Positions 1 to 11,092 of a stretch of DNA of 64,000 nucleotides are shown here, piece by piece (positions within the stretch are counted from its first letter, which is position 1; every line of letters begins with the position of its first letter). The notes beneath the pieces were generated by a model, which saw only the letters and a program-made list of their open reading frames with translations, had not been told where the DNA came from and ran no database searches. This stretch comes from Barthelona sp. PCE (Eukaryota): contig JAUFOR010000005.1 of the NCBI GenBank assembly GCA_040285745.1, positions 186,001-250,000 of the forward strand. Reading direction: 5' to 3'. The position numbers and the translations under genes were made by a program.

Positions 1-71
1 AGTCAATATAAAGATAAAGAAAGTAGTAAAATAGAAAACAAGTTCTAAATCTGTCCAACATTGTAACCAGG

Positions 72-330
72 TTAAATAGATAGGCGCTGCTGATTCCAAC
101 GGCAACATGCATCCAAAAAAAGCCTTGAGCTTAAAACCATCAGTAGACTGAAAAGAACGTATCTTCCTAATTGATAAACGTCTGTTGCTCTTCTATACGT
201 GGGTGCAAATGTCTTTTTGATGACCCTAGAGTGTAAAAAACATGTAAATTGCCCAAATTCTATCCCTCCTATTTTGGAATCTCCCAAGCATGCAAATTGA
301 TTCTTAAAAGGATTATAGTGACCGCGTTAC
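72..330 (-). pseudogene. Possible degenerate fragment of the MP[RK] family
   Basis: Frame is open upstream of the 287 TTG, reading RGHYNPFKNQFACL, similar to the NP[YWF] motif of family members; bounded by stops and has no ATG. Weak. Confidence 0.2.
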
Positions 331-807
331 CCCCACACTACTGAACGTATCACCAAAATTACATACAATACTCATCACTGTTTTATAATATTGAGTATAC
401 TCACGTAAAGGACAAGAATGCTCACTTCAACTAATATGTTGGAGCTATACTTATAGTTTGACATTTTTTATATATAAATATCCAAAATAAATGTGCACAC
501 AATAACCTGCTTCACACAAAGTCGAATTTCTTTCTTTTTGAAAATTTTTAATATCATTTATTATCCTTTAAATATGCAATGCAGCTGCATAGACCATTAA
601 AATAAGTGAATTAATAAGATATGCTATTGAAACTTCTGTAACATCTGTTTAATATTCTTTTAATACAAAAAAGCTCAGAATTTTTTCAAAAAGCTTCAAA
701 ATACGTTGATTTCATCTTCCGTTTGTTCAAAAATAGCTCGTTTAGACTTTTCAACCTCTTTCGCGTTCTCTTTCAAATAGAATGCATTGTTTTTCAAAAC
801 TGCCAGA

Positions 808-2436
808 ATGTCCCTTAATCATTTGAATTCACCTGATTATTCATCGAAATCAACGTTTGATGGAACAGAAATAACTCTCTCACTATGTGATGACAGTGAA
901 AGCATATGGAATCTTTCTGTCACATCTGTGGGCACAAAAACCACACACACAACATCTCTCGACTTTGAATTTTCAAGAATGCTCAGTAGCACAGAAAATC
1001 GAATGCTGACGTGTGGTAATATGTACGGTGCTGTAGGTGCCGTTTGTTGGGACAGTGAAGACGGGACCACCGAAACCCATTACCAAACGTTTATATATAA
1101 TGCTCAATCGATTCAAATTGTTAATAGTGTCATTATTCCATTAAAACAAATTCATATAAGTATCTTTAACAATATCATGGGCGCTCTTTCAGAGGATAGA
1201 ACCGTGTTAATGACATATCTAATCATGGAAGATGGATCTTTAGTGAGAGAAAAAGAATATAGTCTTTTATTGCCTATACAGTCATATATTTTATGTCCTT
1301 ACAAATGGATAATCCTCTTAGAACATCAGCATCAACTGGATAAAAACTCTATAGGTGTTTTTAATCTTGAAACAAAAGAGCATAAGACCTTTGAGATTTT
1401 TGTTACTTTACCATCATTTTCTAACTATAAAGTTTCTTTTCAATATGTATTTAAATTTGAGTCATGCTATTACACCAATGGAGATGAAAATATCCATTTA
1501 ACACTCTCTTTTCTCGATGAAATGACTTATTCGATGAAATACTCAAGTTTAACACATGATAGACAACATAATTACATTGATAATTACGACATTGACATTG
1601 GTTCATCTGTTATTGCTGTTGATTCTATGCATAGCATCAGCAGAAATAATTATTATGATGTTGAGAGAATTATTTTGTGCAAATGTGTTTATGACATGAA
1701 AACTTATAATTTAATTGTTTTACAGGGAAATTTGTTCATACACGCTGACCAGGAGGAAGAAATACCGGTTTATATCAGTTTTAATTCAGATTATAATTAT
1801 TTGTTTCACATATCCAAAAATTTTATTGTTATTGGAGAATGTATCTGCAATGATAAGAGTAGAATAACTGTGTTCAGAAGGAATATTACTTCTTTTGTAT
1901 TCATTGATAGTGTTTATATTGATGTAATGCTTATACATTTGGTTTTAAATACTAACTTTTTAACTTTTTCTTTCAAAAAAGGTGATATATATCATTGCTC
2001 AGAGTGGAAACTTGGAAATAGTCACATTTCTGACAAGAAACTCATAGATAATCGTATTCCTGCTCATAATGAGTTTTTTTTAGCAAATGATTGGTTAATC
2101 TTTAATAGTCATAAAATAGGCTGTTTATCCATATATAATCGAGTGACAGATACTCATTCGTTGTATAAAGCTAGTGAACCCATGACAGTATCAGGTTTTA
2201 ATAATTATGAGTTTCTTGTTAATGGATATTTAGTACGTTTAAATGAAAACAATGAACGTATTAGTTCTGATTATTTAGTTAAAAGCCATATTAAACGATA
2301 CATAATACCATCCAAAAGAGATCAAAGTGAATTAAATGAAGAGTATATCAAAGAATGCAAATCATCAGTAGTTTTAGCAATAACAAAAGTAATTTTTTTA
2401 ACAACTGTTATTATTGTTGTTCTCATTAACCTGTAA
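808..2436 (+). CDS. Hypothetical beta-rich (propeller-like) protein with C-terminal hydrophobic anchor
   Basis: Long ORF, first ATG at 808; C-terminal VVLAITKVIFLTTVIIVVLINL; homologous to the pseudogene at 17708-18096. Confidence 0.75.
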   Translation: MSLNHLNSPDYSSKSTFDGTEITLSLCDDSESIWNLSVTSVGTKTTHTTSLDFEFSRMLSSTENRMLTCGNMYGAVGAVCWDSEDGTTETHYQTFIYNAQSIQIVNSVIIPLKQIHISIFNNIMGALSEDRTVLMTYLIMEDGSLVREKEYSLLLPIQSYILCPYKWIILLEHQHQLDKNSIGVFNLETKEHKTFEIFVTLPSFSNYKVSFQYVFKFESCYYTNGDENIHLTLSFLDEMTYSMKYSSLTHDRQHNYIDNYDIDIGSSVIAVDSMHSISRNNYYDVERIILCKCVYDMKTYNLIVLQGNLFIHADQEEEIPVYISFNSDYNYLFHISKNFIVIGECICNDKSRITVFRRNITSFVFIDSVYIDVMLIHLVLNTNFLTFSFKKGDIYHCSEWKLGNSHISDKKLIDNRIPAHNEFFLANDWLIFNSHKIGCLSIYNRVTDTHSLYKASEPMTVSGFNNYEFLVNGYLVRLNENNERISSDYLVKSHIKRYIIPSKRDQSELNEEYIKECKSSVVLAITKVIFLTTVIIVVLINL

Positions 2437-2646
2437 ATATAGAATATATTAAATAATTATTGTTTCCCAAACACAAAATTGCAAAAAAAAAACTGATTTT
2501 GTGCATATTGAAGAAACCCTGACAACAAACTGAATGTTTCAATACGTGCTAGACCACAAAAGCACACATAATTATTAATATCCAGAGAAAAATCATTGCT
2601 AAAACCATTTCATCCCTTTCCGACTTTTTAATAGCATGTTTTGAGC

Positions 2647-3573
2647 ATGAGCATTGAGGAATTTTCACACCAGCACCAGATTTCGATCGCAAACGCTATA
2701 GAACGTAAGGCTGAACTGCTTAATCTTTCACATTCTACGCTTGACCACAATTTCGCGGTAAATTTAACAAATTTCCTTGGATCACACACATTCTTCACCA
2801 GTATAAGTCTAGATTACTCTCAATTCAATGATGTATCAACAGAGACTCTGACATCATTATTTTCTTCACATCAGGTCACACATATAAGTCTAGTGGGTGT
2901 ACCGTTGATCCCTGACATTACTCATGCGTTGAAAGCTGCCGAAAACATCAAGTCCATCGACTTAACTTCATGTTTTTGTAAGGAAGAAACTAGTTTAGAT
3001 CTTATATATGAATTAATTACCGAACAAACACACATCACACACCTAAATCTATCAATGAATCCATTAAAATCAATTTTTTTTGAAAAATTTTTTTCTATCA
3101 GTAATGATTATCCTTTTGAAACCTTAAATTTTTCTCATTGTGCAATAGATGAGATTTCAGTACAGCATATCTGTGATTATTTACAAAATACTACCACGTT
3201 ACTACACTTAAATTTAAGTCATTCTTCAGAATCATTGGATGATGACTGTATAGATCACATTGTTGATGCCTTACATGTCAATACAACCCTTGTAAGCCTC
3301 CGTCTGACTGACAATGATATACATACTGAAGGTGGTATTGCACTAGGTTCATTGGTTGGTCTAAAAGCGCCTAAACGTCGCAAACGTCGTGATAAAGAGG
3401 AACCTGAAGAAGAGGAGAGTGAGGATGAACCAATTGTGTTAGAGTCATTGGATGTGTTGGATATTAGAAGAAATCCTTTAAAAACAAGATTAAAACAAGA
3501 TCTTCTTAAACATTGGCGTTCTGCAGGTAAGGATACTCGGGGGCTCATGATGACGTTTTATTATCAACAATAA
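2647..3573 (+). CDS. Leucine-rich repeat (RNI-like) protein
   Basis: Repeated LxxLxLxxN/C motifs (ITHLNLSMN, FETLNFSHC, LLHLNLSHS, LVSLRLTDN, LDVLDIRRN); basic then acidic insert. Confidence 0.85.
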   Translation: MSIEEFSHQHQISIANAIERKAELLNLSHSTLDHNFAVNLTNFLGSHTFFTSISLDYSQFNDVSTETLTSLFSSHQVTHISLVGVPLIPDITHALKAAENIKSIDLTSCFCKEETSLDLIYELITEQTHITHLNLSMNPLKSIFFEKFFSISNDYPFETLNFSHCAIDEISVQHICDYLQNTTTLLHLNLSHSSESLDDDCIDHIVDALHVNTTLVSLRLTDNDIHTEGGIALGSLVGLKAPKRRKRRDKEEPEEEESEDEPIVLESLDVLDIRRNPLKTRLKQDLLKHWRSAGKDTRGLMMTFYYQQ

Positions 3574-3748
3574 TAGGTTTTATGTAGTAATTTATCAATA
3601 AATTGTCATTTCAAAAATGCAGGTTTCTTCATCTTTGATATACGTAAAAATGTATCACAAAACCCTGGATGAGAGTTTATATTTGGATACCTACTATTCT
3701 TCTCAATCAAAAAAACAGTAGTCTGGTGTAATTACAAATACTACTCTT

Positions 3749-6199
3749 ATGCATTGTGTTAAAGCATTTCTTTTACCGCTTCTGGTCATTTTGATCACTT
3801 TCGGTGGCATTGAACTGGCTGAAAGAAGACACCTTACACCAAACAACTCATATTATTCACTTTATGCATCTCAATTGGCTGCACATGGACCCCATGTGGC
3901 TGGATCACATGCATTCAATCGCACGTTCGCATACCTTGTTGATTTTTATGAAACAGTTCAAGATAAACATCCTGATCGCATTGATATCGATGTAGCTTCA
4001 TCTGGAGGCACATGGAATTTTCATAACCGTGAAATAACGTACCAGGATGTCCGTAACCTGGCTGTTCGAGTTAAAGGAGTTGACGTAGAGGACACCTCAA
4101 AATCAGTTCTCGTTAATGCTCATATCGACTCTGTTGATTATAGTTACGGTACTGCTGACGATGGCGTCGGCGTCGTTGCAATGATGACTATGGTAGAGAA
4201 GATCATATCTAAAAGCTATCCATTTGATGTAATTTTACTAAGTAATCAAGGTGAGGAATACGGTCTTCTGGGTGCCGAAGCCTTTGTTCGTGCCAATCGC
4301 TGGAAGGATGATGTCGCAGTGGTCATTAACCTTGAAGCTTGTGGAAGTGATTCAAGACAAAATCTTTTCAGGATCGTTGGTCCTGAAGGTACAATGCTAA
4401 AACATTGGAAGACTTTCAATAGAGCAGCTGGTGCCTCAATCATGTCTGACTTCTATGATAGAGGATTATTGCCCAGTGGGACTGATGTTGCAGTATGGGG
4501 CGATTATTATAGTGCTTATGATATGGTTATGTTTCCTCGATATGGCTTTTCATATCATACTAAGGCTGACAACACTGAGAATATGTGGGAGGGGGCCATA
4601 TGGGCTGCTGAACAGCAATCTATTTCCATCTTGGATGCTATAACAGTAGAAGATCTCACAAAAATGAAACAATCACATGCAACAAGTGAAAAATCAGTGT
4701 TTTTCGGTCTTCCTAGTGGTTTTGGCGCTGTAGTTATCCCTGGATTTATTGCTCATACAGTTTCTATTATTGCTTTTGGTGCTTCCATTTTTGTGTTCAT
4801 CTTTGCTTTTTTCACCATTGGAGATCGCAATGGATTCATTTGCCATACTATCTTATATCTCATCAAATACCTTGTTTTCATTGGTATTGCATTAACTAAT
4901 ACTATTTTAATAATTTTACTCAACGATAAGTTTGGTAAGCCTTTCCGTTATTACAATATGACCTGGGGTTTCTATTCCTTCTTGGCATGTAGCATCTTAT
5001 TTACACTTTTGATTGGAGGCTATATTTTAGCTATTCGAACACGTCATCGTTTAAAAACAGCTACCTTGACAATGGCAATCATTTTTCTTTTCTGTTTGTT
5101 TGGACTTGCTCTTATGCTACAGTCTTGCCGTTCTGCTATCTTCTTTACTGGCCCTGCTTTAGTTTTAGAAGTTTTCTTTATACTTTATGTTTTTGCTCAA
5201 AGAAAAGCCTCAAACGCTTTCTTTTCACATGAAATGCAGCCTTTGATGCACCGTCTTGGTACGCTAGACGACGATGAAGAAATAGAGGCAACGTTCAAAC
5301 CTTCAAAGTATATCAGTGCAGGTTTTTGGTTGACGTTCATTCTTATTTTGGTAATTTGGGCAACATTTGTCTATAACACTTGTCCTGTACTGATCTCCCA
5401 GTTGTTAAGACCGATAATGACTTTGGCTGATTGGAATAAGAAACGTATAATGATTGGTGCAGCAATTGGGTTTTTTTATATGATTCCTGTAACAATTCCA
5501 TTAAGTTTCTTTATGCCATTTGCTTCAAAGAAGTTCTGGAAACGTTTTGCTCTATTTGTCGTTTTATTTATTACCTTAACAATTGTTGGTACCAAATTTT
5601 ATTATCCTTATAATGAGAATAGTCCTGCTTTGTTAAAGGCTACAGCTATTAATGAACCGTATCGTAACAAAAATTATACTGTTTGGGTTTCAAATACTCC
5701 ACTTTCTGTTAGCGATGTTCATAATATTGCTATTCCTGATGACACTATTGGTGTTCTACCCATGAGTGAATGCCGCGTATTCAGTAGCGTATATGAAGAG
5801 GAGCCACCTATTGATCATCCGCTCTTTCCCCACTTATGTACCAATGAAACCCACGGTCATACGAATGAAAAGCCAACAGTTGAAATAATTAACCAAAGTG
5901 GGCACACCTTTACTGTTCGTGTTAGGGCACCTGAAGCAGTGACTTTGGCTATTAGTGGTGAATCCCTTATTGCTCCAAAATTAGTTTATGTATTAAATGA
6001 ACAACGTACTTTTGAGAGCACATATATCATCAATAAGAACGAAAAGTTCACATTGATTGTTAGTTATGAAGGTTATTCTGATGCTTGGTCGCGTTTCCCT
6101 GATTGGATTTCGGGTATGGGTGGAAGTAAGGTTCTTGCTCCTATCATTAGCATTGTGGACTTTGAGATCAGCACAGATGGTGCTGTGACATATCTTTAG
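3749..6199 (+). CDS. Membrane M28 metallopeptidase, ERMP1/PFF1-like, copy 1
   Basis: NAHIDS, ADDG, GEEYGLLG, INLEA and YHT zinc/catalytic motifs; N-terminal signal/TM and multiple TM helices. Confidence 0.9.
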   Translation: MHCVKAFLLPLLVILITFGGIELAERRHLTPNNSYYSLYASQLAAHGPHVAGSHAFNRTFAYLVDFYETVQDKHPDRIDIDVASSGGTWNFHNREITYQDVRNLAVRVKGVDVEDTSKSVLVNAHIDSVDYSYGTADDGVGVVAMMTMVEKIISKSYPFDVILLSNQGEEYGLLGAEAFVRANRWKDDVAVVINLEACGSDSRQNLFRIVGPEGTMLKHWKTFNRAAGASIMSDFYDRGLLPSGTDVAVWGDYYSAYDMVMFPRYGFSYHTKADNTENMWEGAIWAAEQQSISILDAITVEDLTKMKQSHATSEKSVFFGLPSGFGAVVIPGFIAHTVSIIAFGASIFVFIFAFFTIGDRNGFICHTILYLIKYLVFIGIALTNTILIILLNDKFGKPFRYYNMTWGFYSFLACSILFTLLIGGYILAIRTRHRLKTATLTMAIIFLFCLFGLALMLQSCRSAIFFTGPALVLEVFFILYVFAQRKASNAFFSHEMQPLMHRLGTLDDDEEIEATFKPSKYISAGFWLTFILILVIWATFVYNTCPVLISQLLRPIMTLADWNKKRIMIGAAIGFFYMIPVTIPLSFFMPFASKKFWKRFALFVVLFITLTIVGTKFYYPYNENSPALLKATAINEPYRNKNYTVWVSNTPLSVSDVHNIAIPDDTIGVLPMSECRVFSSVYEEEPPIDHPLFPHLCTNETHGHTNEKPTVEIINQSGHTFTVRVRAPEAVTLAISGESLIAPKLVYVLNEQRTFESTYIINKNEKFTLIVSYEGYSDAWSRFPDWISGMGGSKVLAPIISIVDFEISTDGAVTYL

Positions 6200-6250
6200 T
6201 CTCATTTGTAAATAATAAGCGTTTTATGCAACTTTACTCTTTTCTCTTAA

Positions 6251-8704
6251 ATGAATTGTTTTAAAGTATTTATATTACCCCTACTAGTCGTTGTATTTGT
6301 TTTTGTGGGCATTGAATTCACTGAAAGGCAGCACAACATGCCAAAGATTTCTTCATATTCTCTTTATGCCTCTCAACTCGCTTCATATGGACCTCACACT
6401 GGTGGATCTCGCGCGTTCAACCAGACGTTTGCTTTCTTGCTCGACTATTACGAATCAATCCAAAAAAAACACCCAAGTCGTATTGATATCGACGTTGGAT
6501 CTATCTCTGGTAATTGGGATCTATGGGGCCGCGATATTTCCGTCCAAAACCTGCGTAACCTGGCTGTTCGAGTTAAAGGAGTTGACGTTGAGGACACCTC
6601 AAAATCAGTTCTCGTTAACGCTCATATTGACTCTGTTGATTACAGTTACGGTACTGCTGACGATGGCGTCGGCGTCGTTGCAATGATGACTATGGTAGAG
6701 AAGATCATATCTAGAAGTTATCCATTTGACGTAATTTTGCTTGGTAATCAAGGAGAGGAATATGGTCTTCTGGGTGCCAAAGCATTCGTTGAATCCGGGA
6801 GGTGGAAGGACGACATCGCAGTGGTCATTAACCTTGAAGGTTGCGGAAGTGATTCTAGACAGAATCTTTTCAGGATCGTTGGTCCTGAAGGTACAATGCT
6901 AAAACATTGGAAGACTTTCAATAGAGCAGCTGGTTCATCTTTCATGTCCGATCTTTATGATAAAGAATATTTACAGAGTGGAACTGATGTATACATTTTT
7001 GATCAGTATTATAGTGCTTATGATATGGTTATGTTTCCGCGATACGGATTTTCATATCATACCAAGGCTGACAACACTGAGAACATATGGGAGGGGGCCA
7101 TATGGGCTGCTGAACAGCAATCTCTTTCCATCTTGGATGCAATAACAATTGAAGATCTCACAAAAATGAAACAAACTCACATTGGAAGTGAAAAGGCTGC
7201 ATATTTCGGTCTTCCCAGTGGTTTTGGTGTTGTTATAATTCCGAATATTATTGCTCAAGGCATCTCTGTAATTTCTTTTGCTGTTGCCATTTTTGTCTTT
7301 GCTTTAAGCTTCATTACAATTGGAGATCGCAATGGATTCGTCTGCCATACTATCTTATATCTCATCAAATACCTTGTTTTCATTGGTATTGCATTAACTA
7401 ATTCTATTTTGATAATTTTACTCAACGATAAGTTTGGTAAGCCTTTCCGTTATTACAATATGACGTGGGGTTTCTATTCCCTCATCACATGCAGTGTTCT
7501 GTTAACACTTTTGATTGGAGGTCGTTTGCTTTCCATCAGGACACGTCATCGTTTGAAAACAGCTGCCATGATGATGAGTCTAGTAGTTTTATTTTGTGCA
7601 GCAGGTTTCTATATTATGATTGAAGGTGGACGTTCTTCCGTATTTTTTACTGCACCAGCTTTAATTTTAGAAATTTTCTTGATCCTATTTGTATTTTCTC
7701 AACGAAAATCAACTTCAGCATTCTTCTCTCAAGAAATGCAACCTTTAATGACCCGTCTGGTAAACTTTGACGATGCAAACTCTGAAGAAGATGTGATTTA
7801 TAAGCCTTCAATATGGGTTTCTTTAGGACTTTGGTTAACTCTTCTTTTAATGTTAGTTATATGGGGCACCTTCGTACATACATCAGCTCCTAGTTTTATT
7901 TTCCAACGCATTCGCCCGTTCTTAACAGTAGAAGCTTGGAAATCTCAGCGAATAACCATTGGTGCTATTATAGGTTTACTTTATATGTTACCAATAACAA
8001 TACCATTAAGTTTCTTCCTACCCTTTGCCTCAAAGAAGTTCTGGAGACGTTTTGCTATTTTTGTTATACTCATGTTGACTTTAGCTGCTGTGGGTACCAA
8101 ATTTTATTATCCTTATGCTGAAAACAACCCTGCTCTTTTGCAAGCCACTGCTGTTAGTGAACCATACCGTGGCAAAAATTATACCACGTGGATCACAAAG
8201 ACCCCACTTTCTGTGAGCGATGTTCATAATATTGCCATTCCTGATGAAAGTATCAATGTGTTACCCATGAATGAATGCCGCGTATTCCAAAGCGTATATG
8301 AAGAGAGACCACCTATCGATCACCCACTGTTCCCTCACTTATGTACCAATGAAACCCACGGTCACACAAATGAAAAACCAACAGTTGATGTTTTAGATAG
8401 AAGTGGACACACCTTTACTGTTCGCATTAGGGCAGCCAACGCTGTTTCTATTGCTGTGAGCGGTGAGTCCCTTGAGTTACCCAAAATGGTATATATGTTA
8501 GATACAGATAATGGATTCAACAGCTCATTTATTATCAACAAAAATGAACGGTTCACATTAGTAGTTACATATAACGGATACTCTGATGCTTATTCGCGTT
8601 TCCCTAATTGGATATCTGGGTTAGGTATGAATAATACAGTTGGTCCAATTATTAGTATCGTAGATTTTCAAATTTCTACCAATGGTAGTGTTGAATATCT
8701 CTAG
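6251..8704 (+). CDS. Membrane M28 metallopeptidase, ERMP1/PFF1-like, copy 2
   Basis: Same motifs intact; collinear tandem paralogue of 3749-6199 (offset 2502 bp). Confidence 0.9.
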   Translation: MNCFKVFILPLLVVVFVFVGIEFTERQHNMPKISSYSLYASQLASYGPHTGGSRAFNQTFAFLLDYYESIQKKHPSRIDIDVGSISGNWDLWGRDISVQNLRNLAVRVKGVDVEDTSKSVLVNAHIDSVDYSYGTADDGVGVVAMMTMVEKIISRSYPFDVILLGNQGEEYGLLGAKAFVESGRWKDDIAVVINLEGCGSDSRQNLFRIVGPEGTMLKHWKTFNRAAGSSFMSDLYDKEYLQSGTDVYIFDQYYSAYDMVMFPRYGFSYHTKADNTENIWEGAIWAAEQQSLSILDAITIEDLTKMKQTHIGSEKAAYFGLPSGFGVVIIPNIIAQGISVISFAVAIFVFALSFITIGDRNGFVCHTILYLIKYLVFIGIALTNSILIILLNDKFGKPFRYYNMTWGFYSLITCSVLLTLLIGGRLLSIRTRHRLKTAAMMMSLVVLFCAAGFYIMIEGGRSSVFFTAPALILEIFLILFVFSQRKSTSAFFSQEMQPLMTRLVNFDDANSEEDVIYKPSIWVSLGLWLTLLLMLVIWGTFVHTSAPSFIFQRIRPFLTVEAWKSQRITIGAIIGLLYMLPITIPLSFFLPFASKKFWRRFAIFVILMLTLAAVGTKFYYPYAENNPALLQATAVSEPYRGKNYTTWITKTPLSVSDVHNIAIPDESINVLPMNECRVFQSVYEERPPIDHPLFPHLCTNETHGHTNEKPTVDVLDRSGHTFTVRIRAANAVSIAVSGESLELPKMVYMLDTDNGFNSSFIINKNERFTLVVTYNGYSDAYSRFPNWISGLGMNNTVGPIISIVDFQISTNGSVEYL

Positions 8705-8755
8705 TTATTCAATTTTTTTACCATTTAATTTGTTAATAAAATACTGATGTTTTTA

Positions 8756-10249
8756 CTATTCAAATAGATTTGTTGAAGTAGTATCATGTCTTATTATGAT
8801 TCGTCTTATAATTTCATATAAACGTAAGGTTTTTGCATTGAATCCTTCTTTACCTTTCTTCAGCTTTGTAATGATACCAGAGCTTGCCAATCTACTTAGC
8901 AGATCTGCATTATCCAATTTATAAACAATATTGAACAACATAAACAATAATTTTTCCATAATAATATTATTACTTACGAAACTAGTTACAACCTTCACCA
9001 AAATAGGCACTAACAACGGATGCCTTGACAGGTTACTCTTATATTTAGCTGAATCAATTGCCAAAGCAACATTAGTATCACAAATTTGTGCAATAACAGT
9101 TACAGGGCCTCTACTATGGTGCTCTAAAACATCTAACAACAACGAGAGGATATCCCCGTCGACAAACTGCTCCAGGATCAACGGGTTTTCAGCGCAAATA
9201 TTTCGCAACGCCCATACACCATATTCTAAAACTTGTGGAGATTCATGAGAGGCTATCGCTTCAATAATATAATCACTGGCGTTCTCACCGTGTAACAAAA
9301 CTCTTATTCTTTTTGAGTCGGAGCATGCATTAACTATAAGCATTAAAAGATGACGACAAACATCACTACTTTGCATATGTGTATGAAACAGTGTTCCTAT
9401 CAAACGATGAACACCAAATGCCCCAAAGTGATCTGTGATACCGTCTACGGTCATCATATTGCTTAACAATGATACACATGAAGCAGTAATATCAGCGTCA
9501 GTGTAGTACAATCCAAGTACTAATCGCAAAAAGAATAATAAACAAGCATCATCAAGCTCCTTAATGACCTCAAAGTTCCGATATGTCATGTCAATTAGTG
9601 CTGAGAATCCTTTGCATAGATACTCTTTATCTGGTATAAACCCCAATAAAGAGTCAAAGACCTGAATATGAGAAAACTCTGAAATTTCATCATCACCCAA
9701 GTTGAGTTTTTCTGTTTTGAAGGGAAACTCGTGTTCTATGTGTTCATTTCCGCTAAGCACATCACATAAATCACCGAATAACATAAAATCATCATTGGTA
9801 CGACGCTTTCTTCTGTACTTCAGGTCAAAAAACGCATAAACAGCCAGGAGCGGTGACGGGTTGATTTCCAAAAGGGATTGCCACCCGCCTGCACGCATTG
9901 CTTTGCGCTCATCTGGTTCAAACAAACCTTTCATCATCATAAACCCTTCACGTGGCGTAAGTTGAGATATAAACTTGTCCTCATCGTCGAGATCTTTCTC
10001 TAAACGCCTTAGCATCTTTAAACTGTTAATTGGAGCCTTCCTATGCACAACTATAGGTTCTGGAGGTATTTCGTCAGCTGGAGGTGGAGGGACGAGGTCC
10101 ATATTCGGGAGATCGATAGGCCCAGATGCAGCGACTGTATGTCTAAATTGACCTGTATCCTGAACAGATAAACTCCTTAGAAGACTTAAATCAACAGATT
10201 TGTGGCCCGTAACAGTTGGTTCTGATATTTTTTGTTCTGAAATATCCAT
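8756..10249 (-). CDS. Armadillo-repeat-like protein
   Basis: ATG at 10249; ARM-like helices (EYGVWALRNIC, ASCVSLLSNM, LLFMLFNIV); Pro-rich N-terminus. Confidence 0.7.
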   Translation of the reverse strand: MDISEQKISEPTVTGHKSVDLSLLRSLSVQDTGQFRHTVAASGPIDLPNMDLVPPPPADEIPPEPIVVHRKAPINSLKMLRRLEKDLDDEDKFISQLTPREGFMMMKGLFEPDERKAMRAGGWQSLLEINPSPLLAVYAFFDLKYRRKRRTNDDFMLFGDLCDVLSGNEHIEHEFPFKTEKLNLGDDEISEFSHIQVFDSLLGFIPDKEYLCKGFSALIDMTYRNFEVIKELDDACLLFFLRLVLGLYYTDADITASCVSLLSNMMTVDGITDHFGAFGVHRLIGTLFHTHMQSSDVCRHLLMLIVNACSDSKRIRVLLHGENASDYIIEAIASHESPQVLEYGVWALRNICAENPLILEQFVDGDILSLLLDVLEHHSRGPVTVIAQICDTNVALAIDSAKYKSNLSRHPLLVPILVKVVTSFVSNNIIMEKLLFMLFNIVYKLDNADLLSRLASSGIITKLKKGKEGFNAKTLRLYEIIRRIIIRHDTTSTNLFE

Positions 10250-10333
10250 GTGCAGAAAAATAAAACACAAAAACCCTTAGAAAAAGGAGAAATGCGTAAA
10301 GCACTTTTCGACCCTTTTCAAGCACTTTATTTT

Positions 10334-11062
10334 ATGTCAGAACAAGAGAAGGACAATACTTCAGAGTGGATACAATGGTTTTGTTCTCTAAAAGGAAATG
10401 TACGATTTTTTTCATTTTTCCATAGTATACTTAACATTTAGGAGTTCTTTTGCGAAGTAGATAAGGCGTGGATCGATGATGCATTCAACCTGATCGGTCT
10501 TGCAGCATCAATGACAAACTACAGCGATGTATTAAAAATTATTCTTGACAGATTCCCCACAGAGCAACTGGATAGCCGTGCACGACAGATATATTTCGAA
10601 TGCGCATCACAACTTTACGGTTATATTCATGCTAGATATATTTTGAGTCCTGAAGGAATGAAGAAAATGGCTTATAAGTTCGAACATTACGTTTTTGGGT
10701 ACTGTCCACGTCATGGTTGTGACCGGGCACCTGTTTTACCAATTGGAGTAACAGATATTCCAGGTAGAAGTTCGGTAAAACTTTATTGTCCAATTTGTGA
10801 AGAATGCTATGAACCTCGACAAAGTCGATACACAAAACTTGATGGATGCTTCTTTACAACTACATTCGCACCATACTTTATGCTTGTTTTCCAAAAGAGA
10901 TATAGGAAAATGCTTAAAGTTCCAAAATCTTATACACCTAAAGTTTATGGTTTTAAAATTCATTATGATGAAGAAGGAAACATGTTCCAACCTTTAAAGA
11001 AGAATGCAAAGAAGAACAATGCTGCTTTAAAGGATATTTTAGGAGAATTAAATAGCGAGTGA
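10334..11062 (+). CDS. CSNK2B: Casein kinase II regulatory subunit beta (2 exons: 10334-10399, 10442-11062)
   Basis: Splicing gives WIQWFCSLKGN|EFFCEVD; LYGYIHARYI, CPRHGC..CPIC zinc ribbon and Y-PKVYGFKIH motifs. Confidence 0.95.
10400..10441 (+). other. 42-nt spliceosomal intron in CK2 beta
   Basis: GTACGA...CTTAACATTTAG; removal deletes an in-frame TAG and restores the conserved GNEFFCEVD. Confidence 0.9.
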
Positions 11063-11092
11063 AGAATTTTGAATTTTGTATTTAAAAATAGT

